Shown here piece after piece: positions 8,722 through 18,691 of a stretch of DNA of 64,000 nucleotides; within the stretch, counting starts at the first letter, position 1; each line of letters opens with the position of its first letter. This stretch comes from a virus. The DNA lies in the IMG/VR virus record IMGVR_UViG_2820089333_000004, positions 12,344-76,343 of that record. One strand, written 5' to 3'. The position numbers and the translations under genes are program-made. The notes beneath the pieces were generated by a model, which was not told where the DNA came from, made no database searches, and saw nothing but the letters and a program-made list of their open reading frames with translations.

Positions 8722-11154
8722 ATGACGCCTGCGCGTTCATACGCAAAGGGCATCGGCGCCGCCATCGCTGATCGCACCATCAATCGCAAAATTACCGAGG
8801 CCGTGCCTCTCTACAAGAAGATCATCGAACTGCCACGACGGGATGATATGTCTCTGGACGATGAAGTGGCGGCATGGGCCAAGTCCAACGGTTTCATCAT
8901 CGACGGCTACGACGTGCCGCATGGCGACGATCTGGTCGTCAAGGTTGTCCTCAATGTGGTCGGTCACATTCGCACGGAAGAATGGGCCGACGTTGCCGAG
9001 CGCGTGGCGCGTGGTTCTGCCTCGCTTGAGCCGCGTGGCTCTTCACTGCCCGGTCTGTCGCTGGCCGAAAGAGAATACGAGGACATGGCACACCATCTGC
9101 GCCAGGCGTCGATCCTGATGTCGGGGCGTCACCTGCAACATGGGGATGAAAACCAAGCAGGACGCAACATTGAAGTTTTTTGCAACTGCGCAACAAGCGC
9201 CACGAGCTTCTTGACGTTCTACCTGCTACTGAACGGTTCTGGCGTCGGTAGAAGCTACGATGACGCAATGATGGCGGTGGATTATAACTATCTGCCCGTC
9301 GTCGTTCCGGTCATCGACGCGACACATGCGGACATTCAAAGCGGCGAGATCCAGGCGCTCGATCTGCGCACTGCCAAGCATCTGTATGCCGGTCGCCGGA
9401 TTCACGTTTTTGAGGTTCCCGACAGCCGCGAGGGTTGGGCAAAGGCGCTTGAGAAGATGGAGCTGATGGCGTTCAAACGCGATCTTCGTGACGATGTGCT
9501 ACTGCTCGACTTCTCCAAAGTTCGCCCGCGTGGCGCTCCGATTATGGGAATGCAAGGACGGCCAGCTTCCGGCCCCGGCACCCTAATGACCGCCATTCGC
9601 AATGTTGCTGTCTTGCGCGACGCGGGCATGGCTCCGTGGCGTGCCGCGATGTATGCCGACCACTACCTTGCCGAGTGTGTCCTGGTTGGTGGCGCCCGTC
9701 GCGCTGCTCGCATGGCAATGAAGTTCTGGAAAGATGAAAGTGTGCTGGACTTCATTCGGGTTAAACGCGGCGGCTTTCTATGGTCGTCGAACAACAGCGT
9801 GATGGTGGATGCAGAGTTTTGGGACTATGTGAAGCGACCGATTCGCGGTAGCCGCGCCGAAGATCATGATCTGATCCGACATGCGAACGCTGTCTTTAAC
9901 GCCATTTGCGAGGCCGCTTACCATGATGGCACCGGCGAACCCGGATTCATCAATGTTGACAAGCTGGCTTGGAATGACGATGGCGTCGAGGCGCTGGCTG
10001 ATGGCAAATTCGCCGAATCCGAACGCTACAAGCTGGACGACAGCACCATCGAACTGACGAAGGCGCTCTACGAGGCTTGGCGCGGCGGGCAATATCAGGC
10101 CGGCGTTAACCCGTGCGCCGAAATTTCCATCAGTTCGCTTGGCGCCTACTGCACTATAGCCGACGTTGTTCCCTATCACGCCAACAACCAGTCTCCCGAT
10201 CTATGGGATGCTGACGCAGAGAATGCCTTTCGCGTCGCTACACGGGCGCTGATTCGCACCAACACGATGAACAGTCTTTATGGCAAGGAAGTCGCCCGCA
10301 CCAACCGCATCGGCGTTGGCATTACCGGCTTGCACGAGTGGGCTTGGGCGCGTTTCGGCTTTGGCTGGAAAGACATCGTGAATGAAGAAGCCTCGAAAGT
10401 CATGTGGCTGACCTTGAGCCGCTTCAAGCGTGCCGTGACGAGCGAGGCCCGCGACTACGCCCTGGCGTTGGGGATGGCTGTGCCGCATACCAACACGACA
10501 ATAAAACCCGCAGGCACGACCAGTAAACTTTTCGGCCTCACTGAAGGCGCTCACCTTCCATCCATGCGCGAATACATCCGTTGGGTGCAGTTCCGCAACG
10601 ATGATCCGCTGGTGGATGAGTATCGCGCCAAAGGCTACCCCGTCAAGAAGCTGCAAACCTACTCAGGCACCACCATCGTTGGCTTTCCGACGCAGCCGCT
10701 GATCTGCACCCTCGGCATGGGCGACAAGCTGGTGACGGCTGCCGAGGCGACGCCGGAAGAGCAATACGAATACCTGCGCCTTTTGGAGAAGTATTGGATT
10801 GTCGGCGTTGAAGAAGATGGTGTGACGGCGCTTGAGGATCGCGGCAATCAGATTTCTTTCACGCTGAAATACAACCCGGACGCCGTGAGCTTCAAGGCAT
10901 TCAAGCAAACGCTGCTGGCGAACCAATCAACCGTCCGCTGCTGTTCCGTGATGCCGCAAACCGACACCTCAGCCTATGAATACGTTCCAGAGCAGGCGGT
11001 GGAGAAAAGTCACTACGAACTGATCTGCGCCGCCATCGCCGCGAACGACGCCGTGATCAAGGAGGATGTTGGTCTTGAGCATGTGGATTGCGCCTCTGGC
11101 GCTTGCCCGGTGTCATGGAACGAGAACGCAGAGGCGATGTCTGCTACTGCTTGA
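8722..11154 (+). CDS. nrdJ: class II (adenosylcobalamin-dependent) ribonucleotide reductase
   Basis: FCNC, GGARRAARM, NPCAEI, IGVGITG, IKPAGTTS, C-terminal CASGACP; no beta-subunit gene nearby. Confidence 0.88.
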   Translation: MTPARSYAKGIGAAIADRTINRKITEAVPLYKKIIELPRRDDMSLDDEVAAWAKSNGFIIDGYDVPHGDDLVVKVVLNVVGHIRTEEWADVAERVARGSASLEPRGSSLPGLSLAEREYEDMAHHLRQASILMSGRHLQHGDENQAGRNIEVFCNCATSATSFLTFYLLLNGSGVGRSYDDAMMAVDYNYLPVVVPVIDATHADIQSGEIQALDLRTAKHLYAGRRIHVFEVPDSREGWAKALEKMELMAFKRDLRDDVLLLDFSKVRPRGAPIMGMQGRPASGPGTLMTAIRNVAVLRDAGMAPWRAAMYADHYLAECVLVGGARRAARMAMKFWKDESVLDFIRVKRGGFLWSSNNSVMVDAEFWDYVKRPIRGSRAEDHDLIRHANAVFNAICEAAYHDGTGEPGFINVDKLAWNDDGVEALADGKFAESERYKLDDSTIELTKALYEAWRGGQYQAGVNPCAEISISSLGAYCTIADVVPYHANNQSPDLWDADAENAFRVATRALIRTNTMNSLYGKEVARTNRIGVGITGLHEWAWARFGFGWKDIVNEEASKVMWLTLSRFKRAVTSEARDYALALGMAVPHTNTTIKPAGTTSKLFGLTEGAHLPSMREYIRWVQFRNDDPLVDEYRAKGYPVKKLQTYSGTTIVGFPTQPLICTLGMGDKLVTAAEATPEEQYEYLRLLEKYWIVGVEEDGVTALEDRGNQISFTLKYNPDAVSFKAFKQTLLANQSTVRCCSVMPQTDTSAYEYVPEQAVEKSHYELICAAIAANDAVIKEDVGLEHVDCASGACPVSWNENAEAMSATA

Positions 11155-11183
11155 AAACTCTAGTAAGGGCTGACTATAATAAG

Positions 11184-11210
11184 GGGGCGGGCAAGCACCG
11201 CCCTTTTTCT
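11184..11210 (+). terminator. intrinsic terminator after nrdJ
   Basis: GGGCGG-gcaagca-CCGCCC followed by T-run. Confidence 0.65.
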
Positions 11211-11225
11211 TTGGAGAGCAAAAGC

Positions 11226-12125
11226 ATGGGTATTAAAGTTAAGGTCATTGAGGACAGCATCAGCAGCGCCGGCATTCGGCTGACAACGCTGCAAGTGCGC
11301 TTCCCCCGGTTTGTTTTGCCGGAGTTCAATACTCACAGGGCATTTTCACGGAACTTCAGTTCCTCCCGCGCCATTCCGGTCAAGAAGATGATCGACATGG
11401 TTCGGACAGAGCCAGCAATGCCCGTTCATTGGGGCGAGAACCAGGCGGGGATGCAGGCAAGCAACGAGCTTGACAACTTTCAAAAGAAGCGTGCCGGAGA
11501 TGCTTGGTGCCGTGCCGCGCAATGTGCCGCCAACTTCGCCGACAAGTTGATGGAGCTTGGTCTGCACAAGCAGGTTGCCAATCGCGTGATGGAGCCGTTC
11601 TTGATGGTTGATGGCATCGTGACGGCCACCGAGTTTGAGAACTTCTTCGAGTTGCGCTGCCACAAGGATGCGCAACCTGAGATTCAGTGTCTGGCGAACG
11701 AAATGCGCAATCAGATGGAACGCTCAAAGCCAAATCTGCTGCATTTTGGCGAATGGCACTTGCCCTACGTTACACAGGACGAGCGCAATGATGCCCACTT
11801 TGCCGACAAGCCCGAGTTGCTGCGAAACATCAGCGCCGCCCGCTGCTGCCGGGTTTCCTACTTGAAGCACGACGGCACGGCTGCGTCGATTGCCGACGAT
11901 CTGGCCCTGTGCGAGCGTCTTGCTGGCACCCGTCCAATTCACGCCTCACCGTTCGAGCATCAAGCAACGCCGATGCCGGAGTCGCAATTCAGTGTTGTCG
12001 ATTTTGCGGAAGGTCGTATTTGCGACGGTGTATCGCATATTGACTGGGACGGCGTGGCTTGGTCGGGCAATTTCGCTGGCTGGATTCAATATCGGAAGTT
12101 AATTGAAGAAGCGTTCGCTTCCTGA
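11226..12125 (+). CDS. thyX: FAD-dependent thymidylate synthase
   Basis: NTHRAFSRNFSSSRAIP ThyX motif; HKQVANR, HASPFEHQA; GGAG RBS. Confidence 0.9.
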   Translation: MGIKVKVIEDSISSAGIRLTTLQVRFPRFVLPEFNTHRAFSRNFSSSRAIPVKKMIDMVRTEPAMPVHWGENQAGMQASNELDNFQKKRAGDAWCRAAQCAANFADKLMELGLHKQVANRVMEPFLMVDGIVTATEFENFFELRCHKDAQPEIQCLANEMRNQMERSKPNLLHFGEWHLPYVTQDERNDAHFADKPELLRNISAARCCRVSYLKHDGTAASIADDLALCERLAGTRPIHASPFEHQATPMPESQFSVVDFAEGRICDGVSHIDWDGVAWSGNFAGWIQYRKLIEEAFAS

Positions 12126-12173
12126 TTTGCGTCTGTATCGTTTGGTTAATTATTACTCAATGAAAGGGTTAAT

Positions 12174-12275
12174 GTGAGTAAGCGGTTTAACGGAGGCGGG
12201 CCGGCAAGGGATTTTGCTGTCGCTGCATACGACATGGCCGACGCTATGTTGGAAGCGAGAGAGCAATCGGCGTGA
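12174..12275 (+). CDS. 33-aa micro-ORF (AYxMADAML family remnant)
   Basis: AAAGGG RBS; AAYDMADAMLEAR; GTGA coupling. Confidence 0.5.
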   Translation: MSKRFNGGGPARDFAVAAYDMADAMLEAREQSA

Positions 12276-12910
12276 GTCTCTACAGTTCCATCCCATACAA
12301 GGCTTTCGGCCAACAAGGCGAATTCACTCGTGATGCGCTGACGATTGGCGAGCTGCCGCACGAAATGCGACAACAGGCGTGCGTCGATGCCACCGCGCAC
12401 ATTAGCCAGTTGATTGGCATTGAGCCAATACGCCGAATTTTCTTTGGCAGGCCCGCGTATGTCGCTTTTGGACTCTGCCTAGCAGACGCGAAGCGACACC
12501 AACATGCTTCCATTTTGATGAAACGTGGCGCGGACGTGCCGCTACACCTACTGTCAAACCACAACCGAAAGGAAACCAATATGAAGAAACACAATCCAGC
12601 CCCGTGGTCGGCCCATCCGTGCGACAACAACGTTTATGCCATGTTCGACGGCAATGGTCAGCACTTCATGAACGTGCGTGGCGTTGATGAGTCTAGCGCG
12701 GTTGAGGCAAACGTCAGTTTGGTCACGGCGGCGCCGGGGCTGTTGCAATGCGCTGGTGAATCACTGGCGATGCTTGAGGGGCTGCTGAATCGGTATCCCG
12801 ATACCCACAACGATGAGATGGAAGCTCTCATTGGAAAACTGTGCGCTGCTATCTGTGGCGCGATGAATGTTGAAATTGCTGCGAAGGAGAGCGCGTGGTT
12901 GCCAGCCTGA
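12272..12910 (+). CDS. hypothetical protein; probable internal in-frame start at 12581 (HNPAPW-type phage protein)
   Basis: GAAAGGA RBS before ATG 12581. Confidence 0.6.
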   Translation: MSLYSSIPYKAFGQQGEFTRDALTIGELPHEMRQQACVDATAHISQLIGIEPIRRIFFGRPAYVAFGLCLADAKRHQHASILMKRGADVPLHLLSNHNRKETNMKKHNPAPWSAHPCDNNVYAMFDGNGQHFMNVRGVDESSAVEANVSLVTAAPGLLQCAGESLAMLEGLLNRYPDTHNDEMEALIGKLCAAICGAMNVEIAAKESAWLPA

Positions 12911-12976
12911 AAAAAAGCGGACGAAGCGGGTGGTTTCCCCACGCAAGAAGGCGACGCCGAGCAATACGAACAGAAT

Positions 12977-13309
12977 TTGGCCGTTGCCATTACCGCCGTT
13001 TGGATCGCTGACATGGAACGTCGCCAGCGTATCAAAGAGCGCTGCGACGCTGGCCGCGCCGCCGCTCGCGCTTCGCTGGCAGCGACGGGCAAAACTCACA
13101 AGGGCAAAACTCACAAGGGCAAGGCGAGCTTGGGCCGTCCTTTCGCCAATGAAGCTGCGGCGGTCACGGCATGGCGAAAGGACAACAACGCCAGCATTTC
13201 CAAGACCGCCGCGCATTTCGGCATGTCCGTCAGCACGGTCAAGCGGTATTGCGCGGCAAAAACCTCACCAAGCCAAAACACCCACTTACCACAGCAAAAG
13301 GAAACAAAC
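12977..13309 (+). pseudogene. C-terminal remnant of a serine resolvase (arm + HTH), in frame with downstream KilA-N gene
   Basis: IADMER..RIKERCDAGRAAAR..GKASLGRP..SISKTAAHFGMSVSTVKRY; catalytic domain absent. Confidence 0.7.
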
Positions 13310-14191
13310 GTGAACGCTTTAACCGTTGTCGGCACCGCCATCCGTCAGGATACCGAAGGTTGGTTCTGCCTCAATGATCTGCACCGGGCCAGCGGCGGGG
13401 AGGCGCGACACAAGCCTGGAAACTGGTTGATGCTTGACCAAACAAAGGCGCTGATCTCTGAGGTAGAGATTGCTGGAATTCCAGCAATCCAATCAAAACA
13501 AGGACTTGGAACTTTCGTCGTCAAGGAGCTGGTCTACGCCTACGCGATGTGGATCAGCCCGGCATTCAATCTGAAAGTTATACGCGCCTATGACGCACTG
13601 GTGACGCAAACGGCCCAACCAACCCATCTCATTCCGCAAACATACCATGAAGCTCTACGGCTGGCGGCTGACAAGGAAGAACAAAGGGCAATCGCTGTAG
13701 CGGAGCGCGACGAGGCGGTTCGCACAAAAGCCCATATTGGCAACAAACGCGAAGCAACATCAATGGCAACGGCGGCCAAAGCAGAACTCGAAAAGAAACA
13801 GCTTCAGGACAAACTGACGGAAGCGCAGCTTGAGGTGATATATGCGCGAGATGATAACAGGAAATTGCTGAAGGAAAAGGCAGCGCTTGAAAGTCAGCTA
13901 AACGCCGACGAGGATGTTGTCAGCGACACTGTTACCGTTACCGATGCAGCCAAGTATTTTCGGTGCAATACGGGAAAAATACACCGTCATTTTTCTGACA
14001 AGGGCCTTGTTTACAAGTGTGAGGGAAATTGGGTGGCTACGTCTAATGGCAAAAAAAGCGGTTTGGTTGTGGCGAGCGAGCGTAAGTATCACTCGAAAAA
14101 CGGTAGCGCCTCTTTCAAGCCAAACTATCGCATTACATTGGCTGGCGCGACAGAGCTAGAAAAAGAGTTAACTTGCAAGAAGGCAGCATAA
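13310..14191 (+). CDS. KilA-N domain antirepressor-like protein with C-terminal KilAC/ANT-like domain
   Basis: IRQDTEGWFCLNDLHRASGG..KP.NWL, AYAMWISPAFNLKVIRAYD, IPQTYHEALRLAAD; AAGGA RBS before GTG. Confidence 0.85.
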   Translation: MNALTVVGTAIRQDTEGWFCLNDLHRASGGEARHKPGNWLMLDQTKALISEVEIAGIPAIQSKQGLGTFVVKELVYAYAMWISPAFNLKVIRAYDALVTQTAQPTHLIPQTYHEALRLAADKEEQRAIAVAERDEAVRTKAHIGNKREATSMATAAKAELEKKQLQDKLTEAQLEVIYARDDNRKLLKEKAALESQLNADEDVVSDTVTVTDAAKYFRCNTGKIHRHFSDKGLVYKCEGNWVATSNGKKSGLVVASERKYHSKNGSASFKPNYRITLAGATELEKELTCKKAA

Positions 14192-14658
14192 TGTTCAATT
14201 TCCCCACTCAACACTTCCAGATCAAACTGCTGGACGAACGCGGAATGCCGCAACGGGCGACGCCAATGTCTGCCGGCTACGATGTCATCGCTTGTATCAA
14301 CGAGCCTGTCGCCATCAGAAAGGGCGACAAGGCGACCCTGATCCCGCTTGGCTTCGCCTGCTACATGGCGAACGAGCAGGTTGTCGGGCTGATTCTGCCG
14401 CGCTCCGGGCTTGGTCACAAGCAAGGGCTGGTTCTTGGCAACACCGTCGGCGTTGTGGACGGAGACTATCAAAACCAATGGTATGCCTCTGCCTGGAATC
14501 GCGGCCAACAGGACGAGATCGTCACCAACCCCGGCGACCGGATCGCGCAGATCGTCTTCGTGCCGTTGATCCATCCGGTGTTCGAGCGGGTTGAGGAATT
14601 CTCCGAAGCGACGAAGCGTGGCTTGGGCGGCTTTGGCAGCACTGGCGGGCATCAATGA
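14191..14658 (+). CDS. dut: dUTPase
   Basis: SAGYD, PRSGLG, GVVDGDYQ, PGDRIAQ, RGLGGFGSTG motifs. Confidence 0.95.
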   Translation: MFNFPTQHFQIKLLDERGMPQRATPMSAGYDVIACINEPVAIRKGDKATLIPLGFACYMANEQVVGLILPRSGLGHKQGLVLGNTVGVVDGDYQNQWYASAWNRGQQDEIVTNPGDRIAQIVFVPLIHPVFERVEEFSEATKRGLGGFGSTGGHQ

Positions 14659-15272
14659 TTGTGGGGCTTGCGGGGCCGCACAGGTGTGGCAAGACAACCC
14701 TTGCCTGCGCCTTTGCTAAGAAGCACAAGCTTGAATTTGTCCAAACGTCAGCATCGCAGGTGTTCGAGGACATGGGCCTTGATCCTGCGGGCCACTACGA
14801 CTTCGCTACGCGCCTGACGGTTCAAGAGGAGATTCTGCGCCGCTTCGATGCGCAATACGTAGCGGCCAGGGGCAAACCCGCGATCACCGACCGAACGCCA
14901 CTAGACATGCTTGCCTACACGCTGGCGGACGCCGTGCAGGATGCAGTGCCGACAGGCTTGCAGGGGCGTTTCGAGAGATACGCGCAATCCTGCTTCAACG
15001 TGACAAACAAGCGTTTCAGCGTGGTGGTGGCGATTCAGCCAGGTATTCCCATTGTGGCGGAAGCTGGAAAGGCCGCGCCGAACACTGCCTACGTCGAACA
15101 CTTGAACGCCATCATCCTGGGCTTGGTTTGTGATGATCGAATTTCCACTGCCCACTTCAAGATTTCCCGTCATGTCACGGATCTTGAGGATCGAATGGCG
15201 GCATTGGGTGTCGTTGTCGGTAAAGTGAAAAGATTGGCGGAATTGGAGAGCAGGGAGGCAGCGCTTCACTGA
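14655..15272 (+). CDS. deoxynucleoside monophosphate kinase-like P-loop protein (AAA_28)
   Basis: GPHRCGKTT, ITDRTPLD; follows dut. Confidence 0.75.
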   Translation: MIVGLAGPHRCGKTTLACAFAKKHKLEFVQTSASQVFEDMGLDPAGHYDFATRLTVQEEILRRFDAQYVAARGKPAITDRTPLDMLAYTLADAVQDAVPTGLQGRFERYAQSCFNVTNKRFSVVVAIQPGIPIVAEAGKAAPNTAYVEHLNAIILGLVCDDRISTAHFKISRHVTDLEDRMAALGVVVGKVKRLAELESREAALH

Positions 15273-15383
15273 GGCGTGTTTTGAGGAAAGGTAGCGGGAA
15301 TACGTGTCGTTCCTGCTACTAGTTAATAACATTCGTTTTGTCGATTTGACATTGATTTTTATAGTTTCGAGGAGAGAAAGCGA

Positions 15384-16220
15384 ATGGGAAAACCCACTCT
15401 GGCAGTTGCACACTATGCGCCGAAAGTTACCAGCGACAAGGTCATTGGCGAAGAAGGCGTCATGATGAAGCTGCCCGTGAAAGATATTCAAATTGATCCG
15501 GCCTATCAGCGGGAAATTATCCGCAATCATTCGGACAAGATTGGTAGTGCGTGGGATTGGCGAATCTACTCAGCAATCAACGTCGCCAACCGCAACGGGC
15601 AGTATTACGTCTATGACGGAGGGCATCGCGTGTTTGGCGCCCGAATGGCCGGAATCCAGACGCTTCACGCTTACGTTATCGAGAGCGATGGTTCGGAGAG
15701 CGAAGCGGAGTTTTTCCGTCGCCTCAACGAAATGCGTCGGCGCTTGAAGCCAGTCGAAAAGTTCCGGGCGATGGCTGCCGCTGGTCACGAGGGGCACAAA
15801 TTTCTCACGGAGGTCTTGAAAGGATTCGACATCGAAATTACGGGCAATACAAAGTGTGGCCCTGGGCAAACCACCGCTGTCCAGACGTTCATGAACCGCT
15901 TGTCTGGAAAGAACATGACAAAGGGCATGCGCGACGTTGTGGACTGCTGCAAGATCATCGACAGCGCGTGGCACGGGCAAGCAAAAGCGTTTTCTGGCCG
16001 CGCTGTTGAGGGTGTGTTGCGCGCCCTTGATCGTGTCGGAGACGACCGTGTAACTCTCATTGCCGACGCGGGCAAGCAGCTTGGCCGTTATCTGATCGAG
16101 GATCTTCTGTTGAAGGCGGAGCGCATTGCTGCAATCAATGGCAACGCCGTCTGCGCCGCCCTTCCCGAAGTCATGATTGGTGCCTTCAACCATCGTCGGA
16201 GCAAGCGTCGCATCGGTTAA
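15384..16220 (+). CDS. ParB/Srx-like protein (DUF6551-like)
   Basis: IDPAYQR..WDW..YYVYDGGHR. Confidence 0.75.
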   Translation: MGKPTLAVAHYAPKVTSDKVIGEEGVMMKLPVKDIQIDPAYQREIIRNHSDKIGSAWDWRIYSAINVANRNGQYYVYDGGHRVFGARMAGIQTLHAYVIESDGSESEAEFFRRLNEMRRRLKPVEKFRAMAAAGHEGHKFLTEVLKGFDIEITGNTKCGPGQTTAVQTFMNRLSGKNMTKGMRDVVDCCKIIDSAWHGQAKAFSGRAVEGVLRALDRVGDDRVTLIADAGKQLGRYLIEDLLLKAERIAAINGNAVCAALPEVMIGAFNHRRSKRRIG

Positions 16221-16322
16221 GTGTCGTCGCGCTCGCGGGAGGTCGGTCGCTGTGGTTGATCTTCCTGCGAGCGCTTTGTAAGGTTTGACTGTTGGGCAAT
16301 TTGCCCGCTTTGAGAGGGAAGC

Positions 16323-16700
16323 ATGAGCGATGCAGGTGTAAATAAGGAATTGCTAATAGAGCGGTTCAAGCAAATCAATGGCGACGGTGAGAATCGACAG
16401 AAGGGCTTTGCGCCGTGGTTTTGGCTGAAGTTCTGCCTGCGTAACCCGCGCAAGGCGTATCCGGCGCTCGTCGGGGTATGGAAAGAGTGGGTGGAGCCGG
16501 AGCAATGGATTGTTCTGCCGGAGATCAACAAAGAGGAAACCGAGGTTGTCCGTGAGTCGTCCTGGCTTGACCCATCGACAGAGAGGGTCGCCATGCACCG
16601 CGCACAGATGGAGAACTTCCAGTTCATTCTCTGCACCGAGGGCAAGCGTCGCGGCACGTTCATTGAGAATCCAAAGTGGCAGCCCTTGCCGCAACTGTAG
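16323..16700 (+). CDS. hypothetical protein
   Basis: GAGGG RBS. Confidence 0.6.
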   Translation: MSDAGVNKELLIERFKQINGDGENRQKGFAPWFWLKFCLRNPRKAYPALVGVWKEWVEPEQWIVLPEINKEETEVVRESSWLDPSTERVAMHRAQMENFQFILCTEGKRRGTFIENPKWQPLPQL

Positions 16701-17119
16701 CGGTTCCGACGCTCCGCGAGGAGTTGGATCGCAAGGTGTTCGAGACGATTGACTTCCTCGTCGGCGCCGCCAGTAGGGGCCGCATGACGCGGGAACAGGT
16801 TGCCGCCTCGCTCGACACGCTGTTCATGGCGGTGGCGGGGTTGGTGGATCGGGACTTTGTCAACATCATCACGGCGGCGCAGCAGACGGTTGGGCTTCTT
16901 CGCCAGCCGACCGCCAAGCGGTATTTCGCGCTGCCAGATACCGATACCGTCAGGGTTGTTTCGTGGGTTCCTGGCTTCGCCAGATTGACTTTCTGCAAGT
17001 ATGAGAGCGGCCACGCGACTGATAGTGAGGTAAGGGAGTTTGACAGTGCTTCGGCAGCCGCTCAAGCGTTCGAGCGCGTCGGCGCAATTTTTGAAAAGAA
17101 AGGATGGGTAGCAATGTGA
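16676..17119 (+). CDS. hypothetical protein
   Basis: operon context; start uncertain. Confidence 0.6.
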   Translation: MAALAATVAVPTLREELDRKVFETIDFLVGAASRGRMTREQVAASLDTLFMAVAGLVDRDFVNIITAAQQTVGLLRQPTAKRYFALPDTDTVRVVSWVPGFARLTFCKYESGHATDSEVREFDSASAAAQAFERVGAIFEKKGWVAM

Positions 17120-17277
17120 GTGCTGCGCAAAAGTGGTGGGAGATAGACGAGGACTGGGCCTACGAAGCTGCGCGTCAGCGCAGGCTTGAGGAAGAAGAGC
17201 AAACGCCCACCGGCGCCGACAGGCAAGATGACGTTGGCCGCTTGCCCGAAAGCGCTCAAGCCTGCTCTTTTTTGTAA
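17116..17277 (+). CDS. 53-aa micro-ORF
   Basis: GTGA coupling; MSAAQKWWEIDEDWAYEAARQRRLEEEEQ. Confidence 0.5.
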   Translation: MSAAQKWWEIDEDWAYEAARQRRLEEEEQTPTGADRQDDVGRLPESAQACSFL

Positions 17278-17348
17278 CAACGCACTCTAGTAAGTGTTGA
17301 CTATAATTTTTCGTTCGATAAACGCTCAATTTTAAGAAAGGGGCAACT

Positions 17349-17816
17349 GTGAAACTGAACCAATACCAAAAGCAGGCGTTCGTGCGGGCTGTCATGGATG
17401 ACACGCCGTTTCCGAGTGACGAACAGATCAAGGACGAGGTGCAGGCAGCGGTGGTTGAGGCCATGTCGTCGGCGGTGCGTGAAGTTTATCGGATCGCACC
17501 GAATGCACTTGCGACTAATACCGCTTGCGTCTGTCTGAGCTACTACAGCACCAGATTTGTTGTTGGCGATGTCGACCTCCACCGTGTGACGCAACCTTGG
17601 ACCGAGCGCTTGAGGAAACGCGCGGAAGCAAAGAATCAACTGGAAGGTGTCGTCAATGGCTGTAGCACGCTGGCGCAACTGAAAAAGATGCTGCCGGAGT
17701 TTGAAAAATACATGCCGAGCGAAACGATGCCGACTAAGAATCTGCCAGTTATCGCCAACATCGTCACGTCGCTGACCGAGCTTGGCTGGCCGAAGGGCGC
17801 AGAGGTGGCGGCATGA
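17349..17816 (+). CDS. Nmad5-like (nucleotide-modification-associated domain 5) protein
   Basis: C-terminal LEGVVNGCSTLAQLKKMLPEFEKYMP pattern; operator-promoter at 17288. Confidence 0.65.
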   Translation: MKLNQYQKQAFVRAVMDDTPFPSDEQIKDEVQAAVVEAMSSAVREVYRIAPNALATNTACVCLSYYSTRFVVGDVDLHRVTQPWTERLRKRAEAKNQLEGVVNGCSTLAQLKKMLPEFEKYMPSETMPTKNLPVIANIVTSLTELGWPKGAEVAA

Positions 17817-18376
17817 GCATCGAGCAAGAAATTCAAGCCAGGGGTCTGACCGCGCCGCGTATCACGCCAGATGACATCGAGGCGAACATCATGGGCGAAG
17901 TCTATTTCACCGCTTTCGATGGCAGCACCAGAGGGGCGGACGTGCGTGTCACGCCGGACTTCGACAAAGAGGTGTTTGACACATCCTTGAGCCTACTCAC
18001 CATCTGCGTCCTCGTTCTTCGCAACGGCTTCACCGTCACTGGCGAATCCGCTTGCGTCTCTCCAGGAAACTTCGACGTCACCGCTGGCCGCGCAATTGCC
18101 CGCCAGAACGCTATCGACAAAGTGTGGCCGCTGATGGGCTACGCGCTGAAGGAAAAGCTGGCGAAGGAAAAGGGCGATTGGTTCGACCGCCTGCTGGAAG
18201 AGCGGGACGAATTGGCGGAGCGCATCGAGAAACTTGAGACTTTTCTGGATTTAACCGTAATCAGCGACCCTCAACGGAAGCGTCTGAATGCCCAACACGC
18301 GGTCATGAGCCAATATCACGACATGCTCGATGACCGCATCGGCGATGCCGCACTCGAAAGGAGTTCCAATGTCTGA
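17813..18376 (+). CDS. Phage_gp49_66-like domain fused to crAss001_48-like coiled coil
   Basis: APRITPDDIEA..LTICVLVLRNGFTVTGESACVSPGNFD; DRLLEERDELAERIEKL..Q...M..Y..ML..RI. Confidence 0.75.
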   Translation: MSIEQEIQARGLTAPRITPDDIEANIMGEVYFTAFDGSTRGADVRVTPDFDKEVFDTSLSLLTICVLVLRNGFTVTGESACVSPGNFDVTAGRAIARQNAIDKVWPLMGYALKEKLAKEKGDWFDRLLEERDELAERIEKLETFLDLTVISDPQRKRLNAQHAVMSQYHDMLDDRIGDAALERSSNV

Positions 18377-18677
18377 ATTTGCATGCCCTGTGGTGCGGCT
18401 CTGGATTGAGCCTCACCCGAACGCCGACGCCATCGAGATTGCCCGCGTCGGCGATTATCAATCCATCGTCAAGAAAGGCCAGTTCCGTGACGGTGATTTG
18501 GCCATCTATGTCCCGGAGCAGGCTGTGCTGCCGGAGTGGTTGCTGAAAGGCGCCGACCTTTGGGACGAGGACAAACAAAAAGGAACGCTTTCTGGTTCGC
18601 TTGGCAACCGCGTCAGGGCGACGCGGATCAGGGGGGTCGTTTCTCAAGGGCTTGTTTTGCCTCTCATTGCTGCATAA
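18369..18677 (+). CDS. RNA ligase (DRB0094-like), N-terminal fragment
   Basis: IEPHPNADAIEIARV.DYQSIVKKGQF..GDLAIYVPEQAVLP..RIRGVVSQGLVLP then TAA. Confidence 0.85.
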   Translation: MSEFACPVVRLWIEPHPNADAIEIARVGDYQSIVKKGQFRDGDLAIYVPEQAVLPEWLLKGADLWDEDKQKGTLSGSLGNRVRATRIRGVVSQGLVLPLIAA

Positions 18678-18691
18678 CTAATGGACGACAA

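Noticed and set aside
12867-13313. 148-aa basic ORF
   Set aside because: Alternative frame over the recognisable resolvase remnant
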